Virus record (IMG/VR): IMGVR_UViG_3300043436_004224
Direction: 5' to 3' (one strand)
DNA length: 64,000 nucleotides
DNA from: an uncultured virus (IMG/VR IMGVR_UViG_3300043436_004224)
Taxonomy: Duplodnaviria; Heunggongvirae; Uroviricota; Caudoviricetes
Notes under the pieces: model-generated
Databases searched by the model: none
What the model saw: only the letters and a program-made list of their open reading frames with translations
What the model was told of the DNA's origin: nothing
Translations under genes and position numbers: made by a program
Shown here: in pieces, positions 43,124 to 51,996 of the stretch
How the letters are laid out: every line of letters starts with the position of its first letter
Numbering within the stretch: the first letter of the stretch is position 1

Positions 43124-43303
43124 TCCAAATGTTGTTTATGAGGGGCAAAAAGGTAGCGCTCTCCCTCTCCGCACTCAAAATATTCTTTCAAACTAATCAC
43201 CAACTTTTAACGAATGTACAATTGTTAGTTAGGGCGGCCAGGATTTCCGTCCTCTCCCCAGTAGATCCTGGTCGTCCGTCTTCTAACGATTGGAACGTTT
43301 AAC

Positions 43304-44374
43304 ATGAGCAAGGACTTAGTCCCTGAATATCAGATCGATGACCCCATCGACCTTAGGGCTGACCTCTCCACCCTCGGCATCGAAGAAGTCGATAAGGGCA
43401 TCTGCGAAGATAACTACGAGAACCGTGGTATATTACGGCGCGCTAAACTCAACTGGGATCCAGTCTTTTCAACCAACGGAGTTCCTACTGGATTAATAAG
43501 GGCCCGATCAAAAGAAACCACCAAGGAACGTCGCCTCTTATCATTAGCGGAGAAACGTCCATTACTTGTTGTCCCAACGGATAACAACTCAGACTTCCTA
43601 ACCGGCCTGGATCTCTTAGCGGAGTCGGCGAGCGATTACTTAGTACCGCCTTGGGTTGTTCATTCTACCAGGTTATACTTAAAAGAGCAAGAGGACGGTG
43701 GACCAAAATCCGCTAAACGCCAGCCGCTCTGCCAACCCCACCGCTGCCGCCAGATCAAGGATGACGGTATCCGCTGTATGCTATGGTCCAGTGGACGTCC
43801 AAAGGATGACGGGTTGTGCCGGATACATTTGAGGAGTATTAAAAAGCTAACCTCAGATGATATTGAACGGGCGCGCACTAAGTTGATGCAAGCCGCCCCA
43901 TATGCCGTTGACAAACTTGAAGAGCTGATGGAGTACGCCGAGAGCGAACCGGTTATGCTTAAGGCTGCCACCGAAATCCTCGACCGAGCTGGAGTTCGAG
44001 GCGGCGTGGAGATCGATACGAATGTCAATATTGACGTCCGCCCCGCAGCAGAAGTTATTAACGAAAGATTAAACCGGCTTGCTGCAGGAGCCATTCATAC
44101 TGCGGCCCGCCTATCTCAAGAGGGCGCGGATGTTGTAGACGCCGAGATTGTTGAAGAGACCGCGAGCGCCACCGGATCTGGATCTGAAACTTTTAACGAA
44201 GAATTAAAAGACGGACCGGTCGATCTGACGGGGAACATTAAAGATCAAGCTGAAGATGCAGCCGCCGGATCCGGAACTTCTGACGGTTCATTAAAAGTTG
44301 GCCATGGCCAGAAAAATGGCCAAAACGGCCAGGATGGCCAAGACCGGCCCGCGCTACCTAAGGAAGAGAAATAA
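43304..44374 (+). CDS. Phage protein with C-C-C-H finger and helical domain; possibly terminase-small-subunit-like
   Basis: RCRQIKDDGIRC...LCRIH; AVDKLEELM..AESE.V.LKAATEILDRAG. Confidence 0.45.
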   Translation: MSKDLVPEYQIDDPIDLRADLSTLGIEEVDKGICEDNYENRGILRRAKLNWDPVFSTNGVPTGLIRARSKETTKERRLLSLAEKRPLLVVPTDNNSDFLTGLDLLAESASDYLVPPWVVHSTRLYLKEQEDGGPKSAKRQPLCQPHRCRQIKDDGIRCMLWSSGRPKDDGLCRIHLRSIKKLTSDDIERARTKLMQAAPYAVDKLEELMEYAESEPVMLKAATEILDRAGVRGGVEIDTNVNIDVRPAAEVINERLNRLAAGAIHTAARLSQEGADVVDAEIVEETASATGSGSETFNEELKDGPVDLTGNIKDQAEDAAAGSGTSDGSLKVGHGQKNGQNGQDGQDRPALPKEEK

Positions 44375-44721
44375 TGGAGAACAACTACTCAACGGGTAAC
44401 GAGGATCTGACCTTTTCACAGATTATCGAAACGGCCCGCGCTCACTATGAGAACCTAAAAGCGGACATCCCAAACGCCTCTAACCGTATCGAGCACATCA
44501 GGTTGACGACGCTAGCTCAGGAAGCATATAGTCTTTTAACGGATCTTGAGTTGTTCGAACTAGGTCTCGTCTATGCACGGGTATCAAATCTAGACGCTGC
44601 GTCTATGGAGCGTTACATGCAAATAATCGCGTCTCGTAAAAACAACGGATCAGACACTGACATCCCACTGGACTTACCAGAATTTAAGTCTCCGTTTACT
44701 CCGCCGCCAGCAATGCAGTAG
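44374..44721 (+). CDS. Hypothetical protein
   Basis: TAATG coupling. Confidence 0.6.
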   Translation: MENNYSTGNEDLTFSQIIETARAHYENLKADIPNASNRIEHIRLTTLAQEAYSLLTDLELFELGLVYARVSNLDAASMERYMQIIASRKNNGSDTDIPLDLPEFKSPFTPPPAMQ

Positions 44722-44730
44722 ACTTCTCTC

Positions 44731-45600
44731 ATGAGGTTTAAAAAGACGCCAGGACCCGGTCCGCATGTAGAGCTGTTCATAACTAACGCTCAGAAATATT
44801 TGGGGTATACTTCAGATCTTGGCGGCCGTAACATCTTTGGTCAAAAGGTTGGTTACGACGCCGGCCCATGGAGCGGCGCGTTCATTGATGTGGTGGCCCG
44901 GGAGTCGGATCTAAACTTTCCATCATTCGTTTATTCTGCGGCCGGCCTGGCTGAATGCATTCGCACGGGTTCCATCTCGCGAGCGCCTAAACCAGGCGAC
45001 GTTGTACTCTTCAACTTTTCATCAAACGTTGGACCGGCTGCTGCAGCATTCGGCATGCCACACTGTGGGATCGTAACGGACGTCCAAGAATTCACGAAGA
45101 CCGGCCGGTTCATCACGGTTGAGGGAAACACTGAAGGCGCGTCTACGTTCACAAAGAAAGACGGCGTGCATCAGAAGATCCGACATGTAACGGAAGTTTT
45201 AATCTTTTGCCGGCCCGCGTTCAGTAACGGGAAGGTCGGATCCAGGAAGACTTTTTACGAACGGTTAATGGTTCTGTTCGACGCGGCCCGCACACGTATG
45301 ACGGTCGCTGAAATGGAAGAGCTCAAAGGAGCGGCGAGCGCGCCTAGTATTCTCCGCCTGAACGGAGACATCCGCTATGGGGATAAGAACAAAAGGATCG
45401 AGCTAATCCAGCTAGCGCTCGCGACGGTGACGGACCTCAGGGGATGTGAGCCAGGTAGATGGGATGCAGCAACCGCCGCTGCGTGCAGCAGGTTTCAACG
45501 GAACATTGGAAGAACCGGATCTGACGTAACGGGTCTCCCGGATCCAGGTACTTTGAATCGTTTGTCAAAAGTTAGCGGCGTCTTCAAATTTGACAGCTGA
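44731..45600 (+). CDS. CHAP-like cell-wall hydrolase with PG-binding domain (catalytic Cys appears replaced)
   Basis: PWSGAF (canonical PWCA.F), PKPGDVVLF, HCGIV, TVEGNT; C-terminal PG-binding-like region; next to holin. Confidence 0.7.
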   Translation: MRFKKTPGPGPHVELFITNAQKYLGYTSDLGGRNIFGQKVGYDAGPWSGAFIDVVARESDLNFPSFVYSAAGLAECIRTGSISRAPKPGDVVLFNFSSNVGPAAAAFGMPHCGIVTDVQEFTKTGRFITVEGNTEGASTFTKKDGVHQKIRHVTEVLIFCRPAFSNGKVGSRKTFYERLMVLFDAARTRMTVAEMEELKGAASAPSILRLNGDIRYGDKNKRIELIQLALATVTDLRGCEPGRWDAATAAACSRFQRNIGRTGSDVTGLPDPGTLNRLSKVSGVFKFDS

Positions 45601-45647
45601 GCTCCTTAGTGCTAGACTTCCATCGTCTATAGAAAGGACAGCTAAAC

Positions 45648-45977
45648 ATGAACAAAGCAGCAATTGATTCCTACGTAAGGAACCTCTTCGGCCAGGTTGT
45701 TGGAGCAATCATGATTGTTATGCAAACCTCAGGTATTGCATCACCAATTGACTTCGGCACCAGTGAGTGGCTCCTCGTGGCCAACGCCTTGTGGGCGTCC
45801 CTTATCCCAGTGATTCTTCGTTGGGTCAACAAGAAGGACCCAGCATTCGGTGTGGTTGCAGAAGCTGCGGCCAAGGAAGTTTCAAAGAAGCTTTCCACTG
45901 CAGCGGCGAGCGCTAAGAAAAAGCCAGCTGCAAAGAAGGCTGTTGCTAAGAAGAAGCCGGCGGCCCGGAAGAAGTAA
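45648..45977 (+). CDS. Holin-like membrane protein with Lys/Ala-rich tail
   Basis: SYVRN, two TM segments, PVILRWVN.KDPAFG; follows lysin. Confidence 0.7.
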   Translation: MNKAAIDSYVRNLFGQVVGAIMIVMQTSGIASPIDFGTSEWLLVANALWASLIPVILRWVNKKDPAFGVVAEAAAKEVSKKLSTAAASAKKKPAAKKAVAKKKPAARKK

Positions 45978-46084
45978 CTTTTAACGAATCATAAGAAGCC
46001 GGCCCGGTTCAATGTAACCGCGGTCGGTTTTCTTTTTTCTAGAATGAACTTGACAAATCAAAACCGGCATGCTACCGTGCAAGA

Positions 46085-46489
46085 ATGAATCTTTATACAT
46101 ACAGAGTTATACGGGAAGTCGCTTTAGATTTCTATAGAGAGAACGGCATGGAAGTCCACTTTGACCCAGAGCTGTTCAACGGCGTGCTTGTAGTACAAGC
46201 GCCGGACGAGGAAACCTCGGACCGCATACGTAGCACATTCACGGACATAAGGATGTGGGAAAAAGTAGAAGATGAAGAAGATGAACTCGAGTCTCTAACG
46301 GAGGAAGAGTTTGCTGACAAATTAATTGCGTCTAGTATTTTGAGCGAAACCGCTAAAGAAGATTTGCAAGAAATTAATCCAGACATTAGAACGGCAATTG
46401 AAAGACTTATAGCCGACGGCGAGCTTATGGAAGAAAACGGAAGGTATCGCCTCACGGAAAAAGGAAAGAATTCCCTAAGAGATAAGTAA
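46085..46489 (+). CDS. Hypothetical protein with C-terminal winged-helix-like motif, leaderless
   Basis: TTGACA at 46050 and TACCGT 6 nt before ATG; LIADGEL....YRLTEKG. Confidence 0.6.
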   Translation: MNLYTYRVIREVALDFYRENGMEVHFDPELFNGVLVVQAPDEETSDRIRSTFTDIRMWEKVEDEEDELESLTEEEFADKLIASSILSETAKEDLQEINPDIRTAIERLIADGELMEENGRYRLTEKGKNSLRDK

Positions 46490-46775
46490 CTTGACAAATG
46501 CCGGCGTGCGCGCTATAGTAACTCTTATGAATGAAACATGCGAGCTCTGCGGAGCAACGGGTAAGGGAACAACGGCGTGGGGTGGCTGGTGCCACGACTG
46601 CGATAATCAAATGTCGGAAGCAGGTAACTAATGAACAACAACATGGAGCTAGAGCTCACCAGAAGCCAAACGGAGAGCTTGATGTTTACTCTCATGAGGA
46701 TTCTTTTTGACAAGAAAACCGAGCTAACCGAAGCGGCTCGCGCAGACCTAAACTCTATTTACGGAAGACTGGTCA

Positions 46776-47138
46776 ATGAGCTTGAGCTTACAAAAGACTA
46801 ACGGCGCGCCTAAGGCGTGGCTGTGTTCACGCGCTAACGGTTCGGATGACGGCGTGCGCCGTTTGTCGCACGCTAGTTGCGTCTGCGATGCGTACTACAT
46901 GTTCAAGTGCTCCGACTGTGGAGACTGCACCCAGTGCACGGATGAGTACTACATGGTTGAAGACGAGGTCTGGTACTCAGCGATAACCGCTAGAAGCAAA
47001 CCAGCAATACTTTGCATTGGTTGCCTGGAGTCGCGCCTGGGCAGACTTTTGACGAAAGATGATTTCTCAGACGCGCCACTGAATTCCATGCCATTCTGGC
47101 CAAGGTCCGAAAGATTGTCGGCGCGCCTAAATCAATAG
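46776..47138 (+). CDS. Cys-rich hypothetical phage protein
   Basis: CSDC...YMV.DEVW...LCIGCLESRLGR.L...DF. Confidence 0.65.
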   Translation: MSLSLQKTNGAPKAWLCSRANGSDDGVRRLSHASCVCDAYYMFKCSDCGDCTQCTDEYYMVEDEVWYSAITARSKPAILCIGCLESRLGRLLTKDDFSDAPLNSMPFWPRSERLSARLNQ

Positions 47139-47369
47139 TTGCGTTTGTCAGTTACATGTGCTATAGTCCAAGTACTAAATAGGAAAGGACACAATGACAG
47201 AGAAATCTTTCAATGTCAGTTTTATAACAGACAGAGTAATAGTTAGCACAACAGTCGAAGCTGATAACGATACAGACGCCCATAACAAAGCCCTAGAGGA
47301 AGTTAGGTATTACTTAGGGCTAGACCTAGTCCCTGTTCGTTATCAGATAGAAGTAGAGAAGGTCTAACA

Positions 47370-47699
47370 ATGATTAGATACCAAACAACAGCTAGTTTTA
47401 GTTTTTCAACCAACATTAGACCCGAGCTGGGATTAGAAAAAGAAACCCGCGAAGTCATAAGATACCTCATAGAAGAAGAGGGTATTGATTCCTTTTTGGA
47501 TAAATTAGAGTATGGAGATGTTGAGCAGATAGAAGTCAGTGAAGAGGACATGGACGCTACCCAAGATAGCGACTTACTAATTCCAATGGACAAAGTCAAA
47601 GAGATGTTCACAGCTGTGTCCCTAGGAATCCTTGAGGTAGAAGGACTGACCAAGGAAGAAGCAGAAGAGGCACTAAAAAGATTTCCAAAGGAACAGTAA
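47370..47699 (+). CDS. Acidic hypothetical protein
   Basis: ORF in operon driven by promoter at 47139-47167. Confidence 0.55.
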   Translation: MIRYQTTASFSFSTNIRPELGLEKETREVIRYLIEEEGIDSFLDKLEYGDVEQIEVSEEDMDATQDSDLLIPMDKVKEMFTAVSLGILEVEGLTKEEAEEALKRFPKEQ

Positions 47700-48257
47700 A
47701 CACGCCCATAGATTGCTTGACAAATTTTTAGAATTATGCTACGTTTGTCCTATCAAACAGAAAGGGGAAGCCACATGGACTTCTATGGAAACCCAGAAAT
47801 CAAAAAGGCCTATCAGGCCGGCTTCAATGATGGACTCCAATGCGGAGTAGATAATGCACGAGAGTTCGAATACATTACTGAAGAGCAGGCAGAAGATTTG
47901 CTGACTGAACTAGTGAAAGAGGAAAACTAATTATGACAATGGACGAACTGATGGAATACGTTTTGAGGGAACTACCTGACGCCGTTTTTGGTGAGGACAA
48001 TGCATCAGGCGAGATTGTTATCGCGACAGGTCTCATAGAAAAATCTGATGGCGAGCCACTAGAAAGAATTGAGGACTAGTCATGGCGCTTAGTCACAAAG
48101 AGTTCACCCAGATAATGGAAGAACTAGAACGAATTGAAAACGAGCCAGCCACAGAGTGCGCGTGCCGTAACTGCGCCGAGGTCGAGCTTTACAGCAGACT
48201 TTATTGCAGAGACTGCTATGACATGGCTTGCTCAAAAACAGACGAGGACATGCACTA

Positions 48258-48731
48258 ATGGGACTAGACATGTATCTAGAAGCTAGACGTTTTGTCAGCG
48301 GATGGAGTCACACCAAGGAAGAAGAGAAAGCAATCTTTGATTCTCTAGTGAAGGCAATCAACATGGACGGCCTGCATGATGAGAGATTTGCCACGGTAAA
48401 CGTGAACGTCGCTTATTGGCGTAAGGCTAACCACATCCACAACTGGTTCGTGCAGAACGTGCAAGACGGCGAGGATGACTGTAAGCAATACCACGTCACT
48501 CGTGAAAAGTTGTTAGAGCTTGAGCAACTTTGTAGAGACGTTTGTCAGGCCGGCACGGCTGATGTGGCGAGCGCGAAGTTGCCTCTTGCAACGGGGTTCT
48601 TCTTTGGGTCAGACCAGTATGACGAATACTATTTCGAGCAGACCGACTGGACAGCCAAACGGATTGCCGAGCTAATGATAGCTATCCCAGATGACGGCAT
48701 GCTGGACTTCTACTACCAGTCAAGCTGGTAG
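48258..48731 (+). CDS. Hypothetical phage protein (MGLDMY...YWRKAN family)
   Basis: Start ATG 48258; YWRKANHIHNWF, GFFFGS, YQSSW; related to 49212-49730. Confidence 0.7.
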   Translation: MGLDMYLEARRFVSGWSHTKEEEKAIFDSLVKAINMDGLHDERFATVNVNVAYWRKANHIHNWFVQNVQDGEDDCKQYHVTREKLLELEQLCRDVCQAGTADVASAKLPLATGFFFGSDQYDEYYFEQTDWTAKRIAELMIAIPDDGMLDFYYQSSW

Positions 48732-48795
48732 GCCTGCGTAGCTAACGGCGAGCGCATCCCAAATCAACGGCGTGCGCTCGCTGTATGCTATACTC

Positions 48796-49095
48796 ATGCG
48801 CTCAATAGAACTGCACCACTTTCAGACCGATAGGGACGTAGAGCTTGCTCTAACCTCTGGACTAGCACTGCCAGAACAGCTAGCCATGACGGACTGCACT
48901 GAGTGCGACGCAAGACTGTGTTACTCAGTCTCAGACTCGAACTTTGTACCATTTGTACTAGTGATTGATGAAAGCGACCAAGATTGGGTTCTATGCGAAG
49001 ATTGCGCAAGCCCAATACTTACGCTGACAGACACCTTTTTCCCCCCAGCAGTGGGTAGCCACTTTTCTGATTACGAGGATTTTGAGCCTTTTTGA
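48796..49095 (+). CDS. Cys-motif hypothetical protein, leaderless
   Basis: TATGCT 6 nt before ATG; two CxxC. Confidence 0.55.
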   Translation: MRSIELHHFQTDRDVELALTSGLALPEQLAMTDCTECDARLCYSVSDSNFVPFVLVIDESDQDWVLCEDCASPILTLTDTFFPPAVGSHFSDYEDFEPF

Positions 49096-49211
49096 TGTAT
49101 CCACTTTTTACGACAAGGTAGACACGCCCTAAAAATACTCGTCAAAAGAACTTGCGAAATGTCAGTAGACCCCTGTATAGTTGGACTTACCAATGAAAGG
49201 GGAAATACCAA

Positions 49212-49730
49212 ATGGGTATGGATGTTTATGGCAAGAAACCAACCAACGAGGTTGGCGAGTATTTTCGCAGAAATGTTTGGGGTTGGCATCCTCTATGGGA
49301 TTATGTAGAGAACAATCACCCAGAGATTGCGGAGTTAGTTGAACACGCTCACAGTAATTCTGGAGATGGCTTGGATGAGGAGAACTCAAAAAAGTTGGCA
49401 CAACTTTTGATGAACGACTACAACTCATCTAAAGTTATTGACTATGTTGATGAGCGTAATCGTCAGCTTTCAGAGCTTCCTTTTGAGGATTGTCAAATCT
49501 GTAAGGGAACAGGAATTAGAAGTGATGAACTCGGCGTTGAAAGTGGCTGGACAACTAGAGAACTAGCACCAGACATAGCAATCATTGTTGGTCGCACTCA
49601 TGGTTCTTGTAATGCTTGCCAAGGAGTAGGCAAGCGAGAGAACTGGGCTACCAACTATTTCCTAGAGCCTGACGACATAAAAGAGTTTGCCGAGTTCCTT
49701 GAGAACTGCGGTGGCTTTGAGATTTGCTAA
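49212..49730 (+). CDS. Hypothetical phage protein with CxxCxGxG motifs
   Basis: AAAGGGGAA RBS; YFRRNVWGWHPLW, CQICKGTG, CNACQGVG. Confidence 0.7.
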   Translation: MGMDVYGKKPTNEVGEYFRRNVWGWHPLWDYVENNHPEIAELVEHAHSNSGDGLDEENSKKLAQLLMNDYNSSKVIDYVDERNRQLSELPFEDCQICKGTGIRSDELGVESGWTTRELAPDIAIIVGRTHGSCNACQGVGKRENWATNYFLEPDDIKEFAEFLENCGGFEIC

Positions 49731-49743
49731 GGGGGTTTAGAAA

Positions 49744-49935
49744 ATGGAAAAACTTTTTTGCTTTAGTTGCGAGGACGAACTTACTGCGAAAAACACTTCG
49801 TCTTACGAGGGGTTTGACAGTTCGGGCTATCTAGTAGCTAACAGGATTGCGAAAATTGGTAAGGACATGTTTATCAAGTGTGACCCATGCTTTGATGCGG
49901 ACATTGACAATTACCTAGACAATCTCCAAAGCTAA
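49744..49935 (+). CDS. Small Cys-motif protein
   Basis: CFSC...CDPC; AAGGGGG RBS. Confidence 0.55.
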   Translation: MEKLFCFSCEDELTAKNTSSYEGFDSSGYLVANRIAKIGKDMFIKCDPCFDADIDNYLDNLQS

Positions 49936-50155
49936 GACCTAGGGAAAGACCCCTGCCTAGCAGGTTCAACGCCCGAAGCAACCTGAGCCAAGTTGTAAAA
50001 CTGGCTCACTAAATCTTTCAGGGGCGTGTATCCACTTTTTACCTGGGACCCCCCGAAAAAACTTTTTACGAAATAAGTTTGACAAAAGATGAAAAGTATG
50101 GTTTACTTCTTACATGGCAAAAAGCCATAGACACAACAAGGAAAGGGGGAAGTCA

Positions 50156-50761
50156 ATGACTTCCACAGCTACACCAAAGATTGTAGGCAAGGCACTCTAC
50201 CTAGAGCTAATTGCCGACAACACCATAGACGCAGACAAGCTAAGAAAAGTCTTGGGTTGGCAACACGCAGGCACAAGACAGATAATTATTTTCCCAGAGT
50301 ATCAAGACGATACAGGGAAAGTTTGGGGTTCAGTAGTTATGAATCGCATTATCTCTAGTCACTCACCTAGAAGCCAATGGGACATTACTTTTATTGACAG
50401 GTATAGACCAAACATAGGTGCGTTGAGGGTGGACGACAGTTATCACAACTACCCAGAATACGAGCGTCCAGTTTGGGACACACTAACAAATAAAGAGAAG
50501 TTTGATTCTCACAAGTTGGCGTTGGATTCAACCTTGAGAAAAATTATTTTGTCAAGTGATTCCGAAATAGATTCAACTGGCAATAGAAAATTGACAGCCC
50601 TACAAGCCTTGAGGGTTAGAGATAACAAGCCAATCGCAGTAGAGATTACTGACGAGGACATGGTTGAACTTCACATGAAGTCAAAAACTCCACAGGCAGT
50701 AATTCGCAGAATCAACAAGGTTCGTGAATCCATTTCTAGTTTCCCAGCGAAACTCGCATAA
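50156..50761 (+). CDS. Hypothetical protein, first gene of AAA/VWA unit
   Basis: Start moved to ATG 50156 after AAAGGGGGAAG RBS; TTGACA at 50079. Confidence 0.65.
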   Translation: MTSTATPKIVGKALYLELIADNTIDADKLRKVLGWQHAGTRQIIIFPEYQDDTGKVWGSVVMNRIISSHSPRSQWDITFIDRYRPNIGALRVDDSYHNYPEYERPVWDTLTNKEKFDSHKLALDSTLRKIILSSDSEIDSTGNRKLTALQALRVRDNKPIAVEITDEDMVELHMKSKTPQAVIRRINKVRESISSFPAKLA

Positions 50762-50803
50762 CCTAAAAATAGATACAGACACAACAAAGAAAGGGCGGAA
50801 GCC

Positions 50804-51865
50804 ATGTATCAACAAAAAGTAATAGCAGAACACACAGCACCAGACCTAGCAGGAATCAACTATGACCAACTGTTAGAACAACTTGTCGGGGCAGTAAGGG
50901 GTTCAAGTTTCGGAGTGACAACTTCAATTCTTGACGAACACCTAACACCAGCAGGTAGAGCAACACTACGCACTAAAGGTAAAGCAGGTTCAACACTTTC
51001 AACTCCAGCTAAACTAGATGAAGCAGAGCCAGCGAAGCTAGAGGAAGTTATGGAATCAGTTGCGAACTTAGAGGGAGAGGAATCTTACTCACGACCTAAT
51101 GGCGACCTTTACTATGGTCGCAAGTGGGGCGACAATGTAGATGTTGAAGTTCTACGCAAAGCCAGAGAAGCAGGACAGTATGTAATGCTCTATGGAGTTC
51201 CTGGAACTGGAAAGACAGCGTGCGTTGAAGCTGCTTTTCCAGATGAACTTTACACAGTTCTTGGTTCTGGCGACACCGAAGTTTCTGACTTGGTAGGTGG
51301 CTATGTCCAAACTCCAAGTGGCGGTTTTGAGTGGGTGGACGGAAGTTTAGTAAAAGCAGCTTCCGAGGGTAAAGTTCTACTGATTGACGAAATTGGTTTG
51401 ATTGACCCGAAAGTTCTTTCGGTTGTCTATGGACTAATGGACGGCAGAAAAGAAATTACAATCACACAGAATCCAGAGCGAGGCACAGTAAAAGCTAAGG
51501 AAGGATTTTTTGTAGTTTCGGCAACTAACCCTAATGTCGCAGGAGTTCGTTTGTCAGAGGCACTTCTATCTCGTTTCGCTATTCAGGTTGAAATGACTAC
51601 TGATTGGAACTTGGCTAGGAAACTTGGAGTTCCGCAGAGTGCGGTTGTTGCTTCACAGAATCTAGCAAAGAAACTAGAAAATGGTGAAACTTCTTGGTCG
51701 CCACAAATGCGAGAGTTGCTTGCGTTCCGTGACTTGTCCAAAATGTTTGGAACAAAGTGGGCAGTCCAAAACTTGCTTGCTTCCGCACCAGAGATTGACA
51801 GACCAATCGCTAGTGATGTATTCACCAGAGTATTCGGAGAGGCAATCCTGCCAGCAAAGATTTAG
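50804..51865 (+). CDS. MoxR/CbbQ/CobS-like AAA+ ATPase
   Basis: Walker A GVPGTGKT, Walker B LLIDE, ATNP, EALLSRF. Confidence 0.9.
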   Translation: MYQQKVIAEHTAPDLAGINYDQLLEQLVGAVRGSSFGVTTSILDEHLTPAGRATLRTKGKAGSTLSTPAKLDEAEPAKLEEVMESVANLEGEESYSRPNGDLYYGRKWGDNVDVEVLRKAREAGQYVMLYGVPGTGKTACVEAAFPDELYTVLGSGDTEVSDLVGGYVQTPSGGFEWVDGSLVKAASEGKVLLIDEIGLIDPKVLSVVYGLMDGRKEITITQNPERGTVKAKEGFFVVSATNPNVAGVRLSEALLSRFAIQVEMTTDWNLARKLGVPQSAVVASQNLAKKLENGETSWSPQMRELLAFRDLSKMFGTKWAVQNLLASAPEIDRPIASDVFTRVFGEAILPAKI

Positions 51866-51996
51866 TGAGTGGGTTGTGTCCTCACTAAAGGGTGGGGAAA
51901 CGCAAGGTTTTTTCTTGTTTGATTTGACTTGCGTTTCTCCCCCAACTACTATACAATTTAGACATAACAAAAAAACGCCAAATGAAAGGGAAGCAA

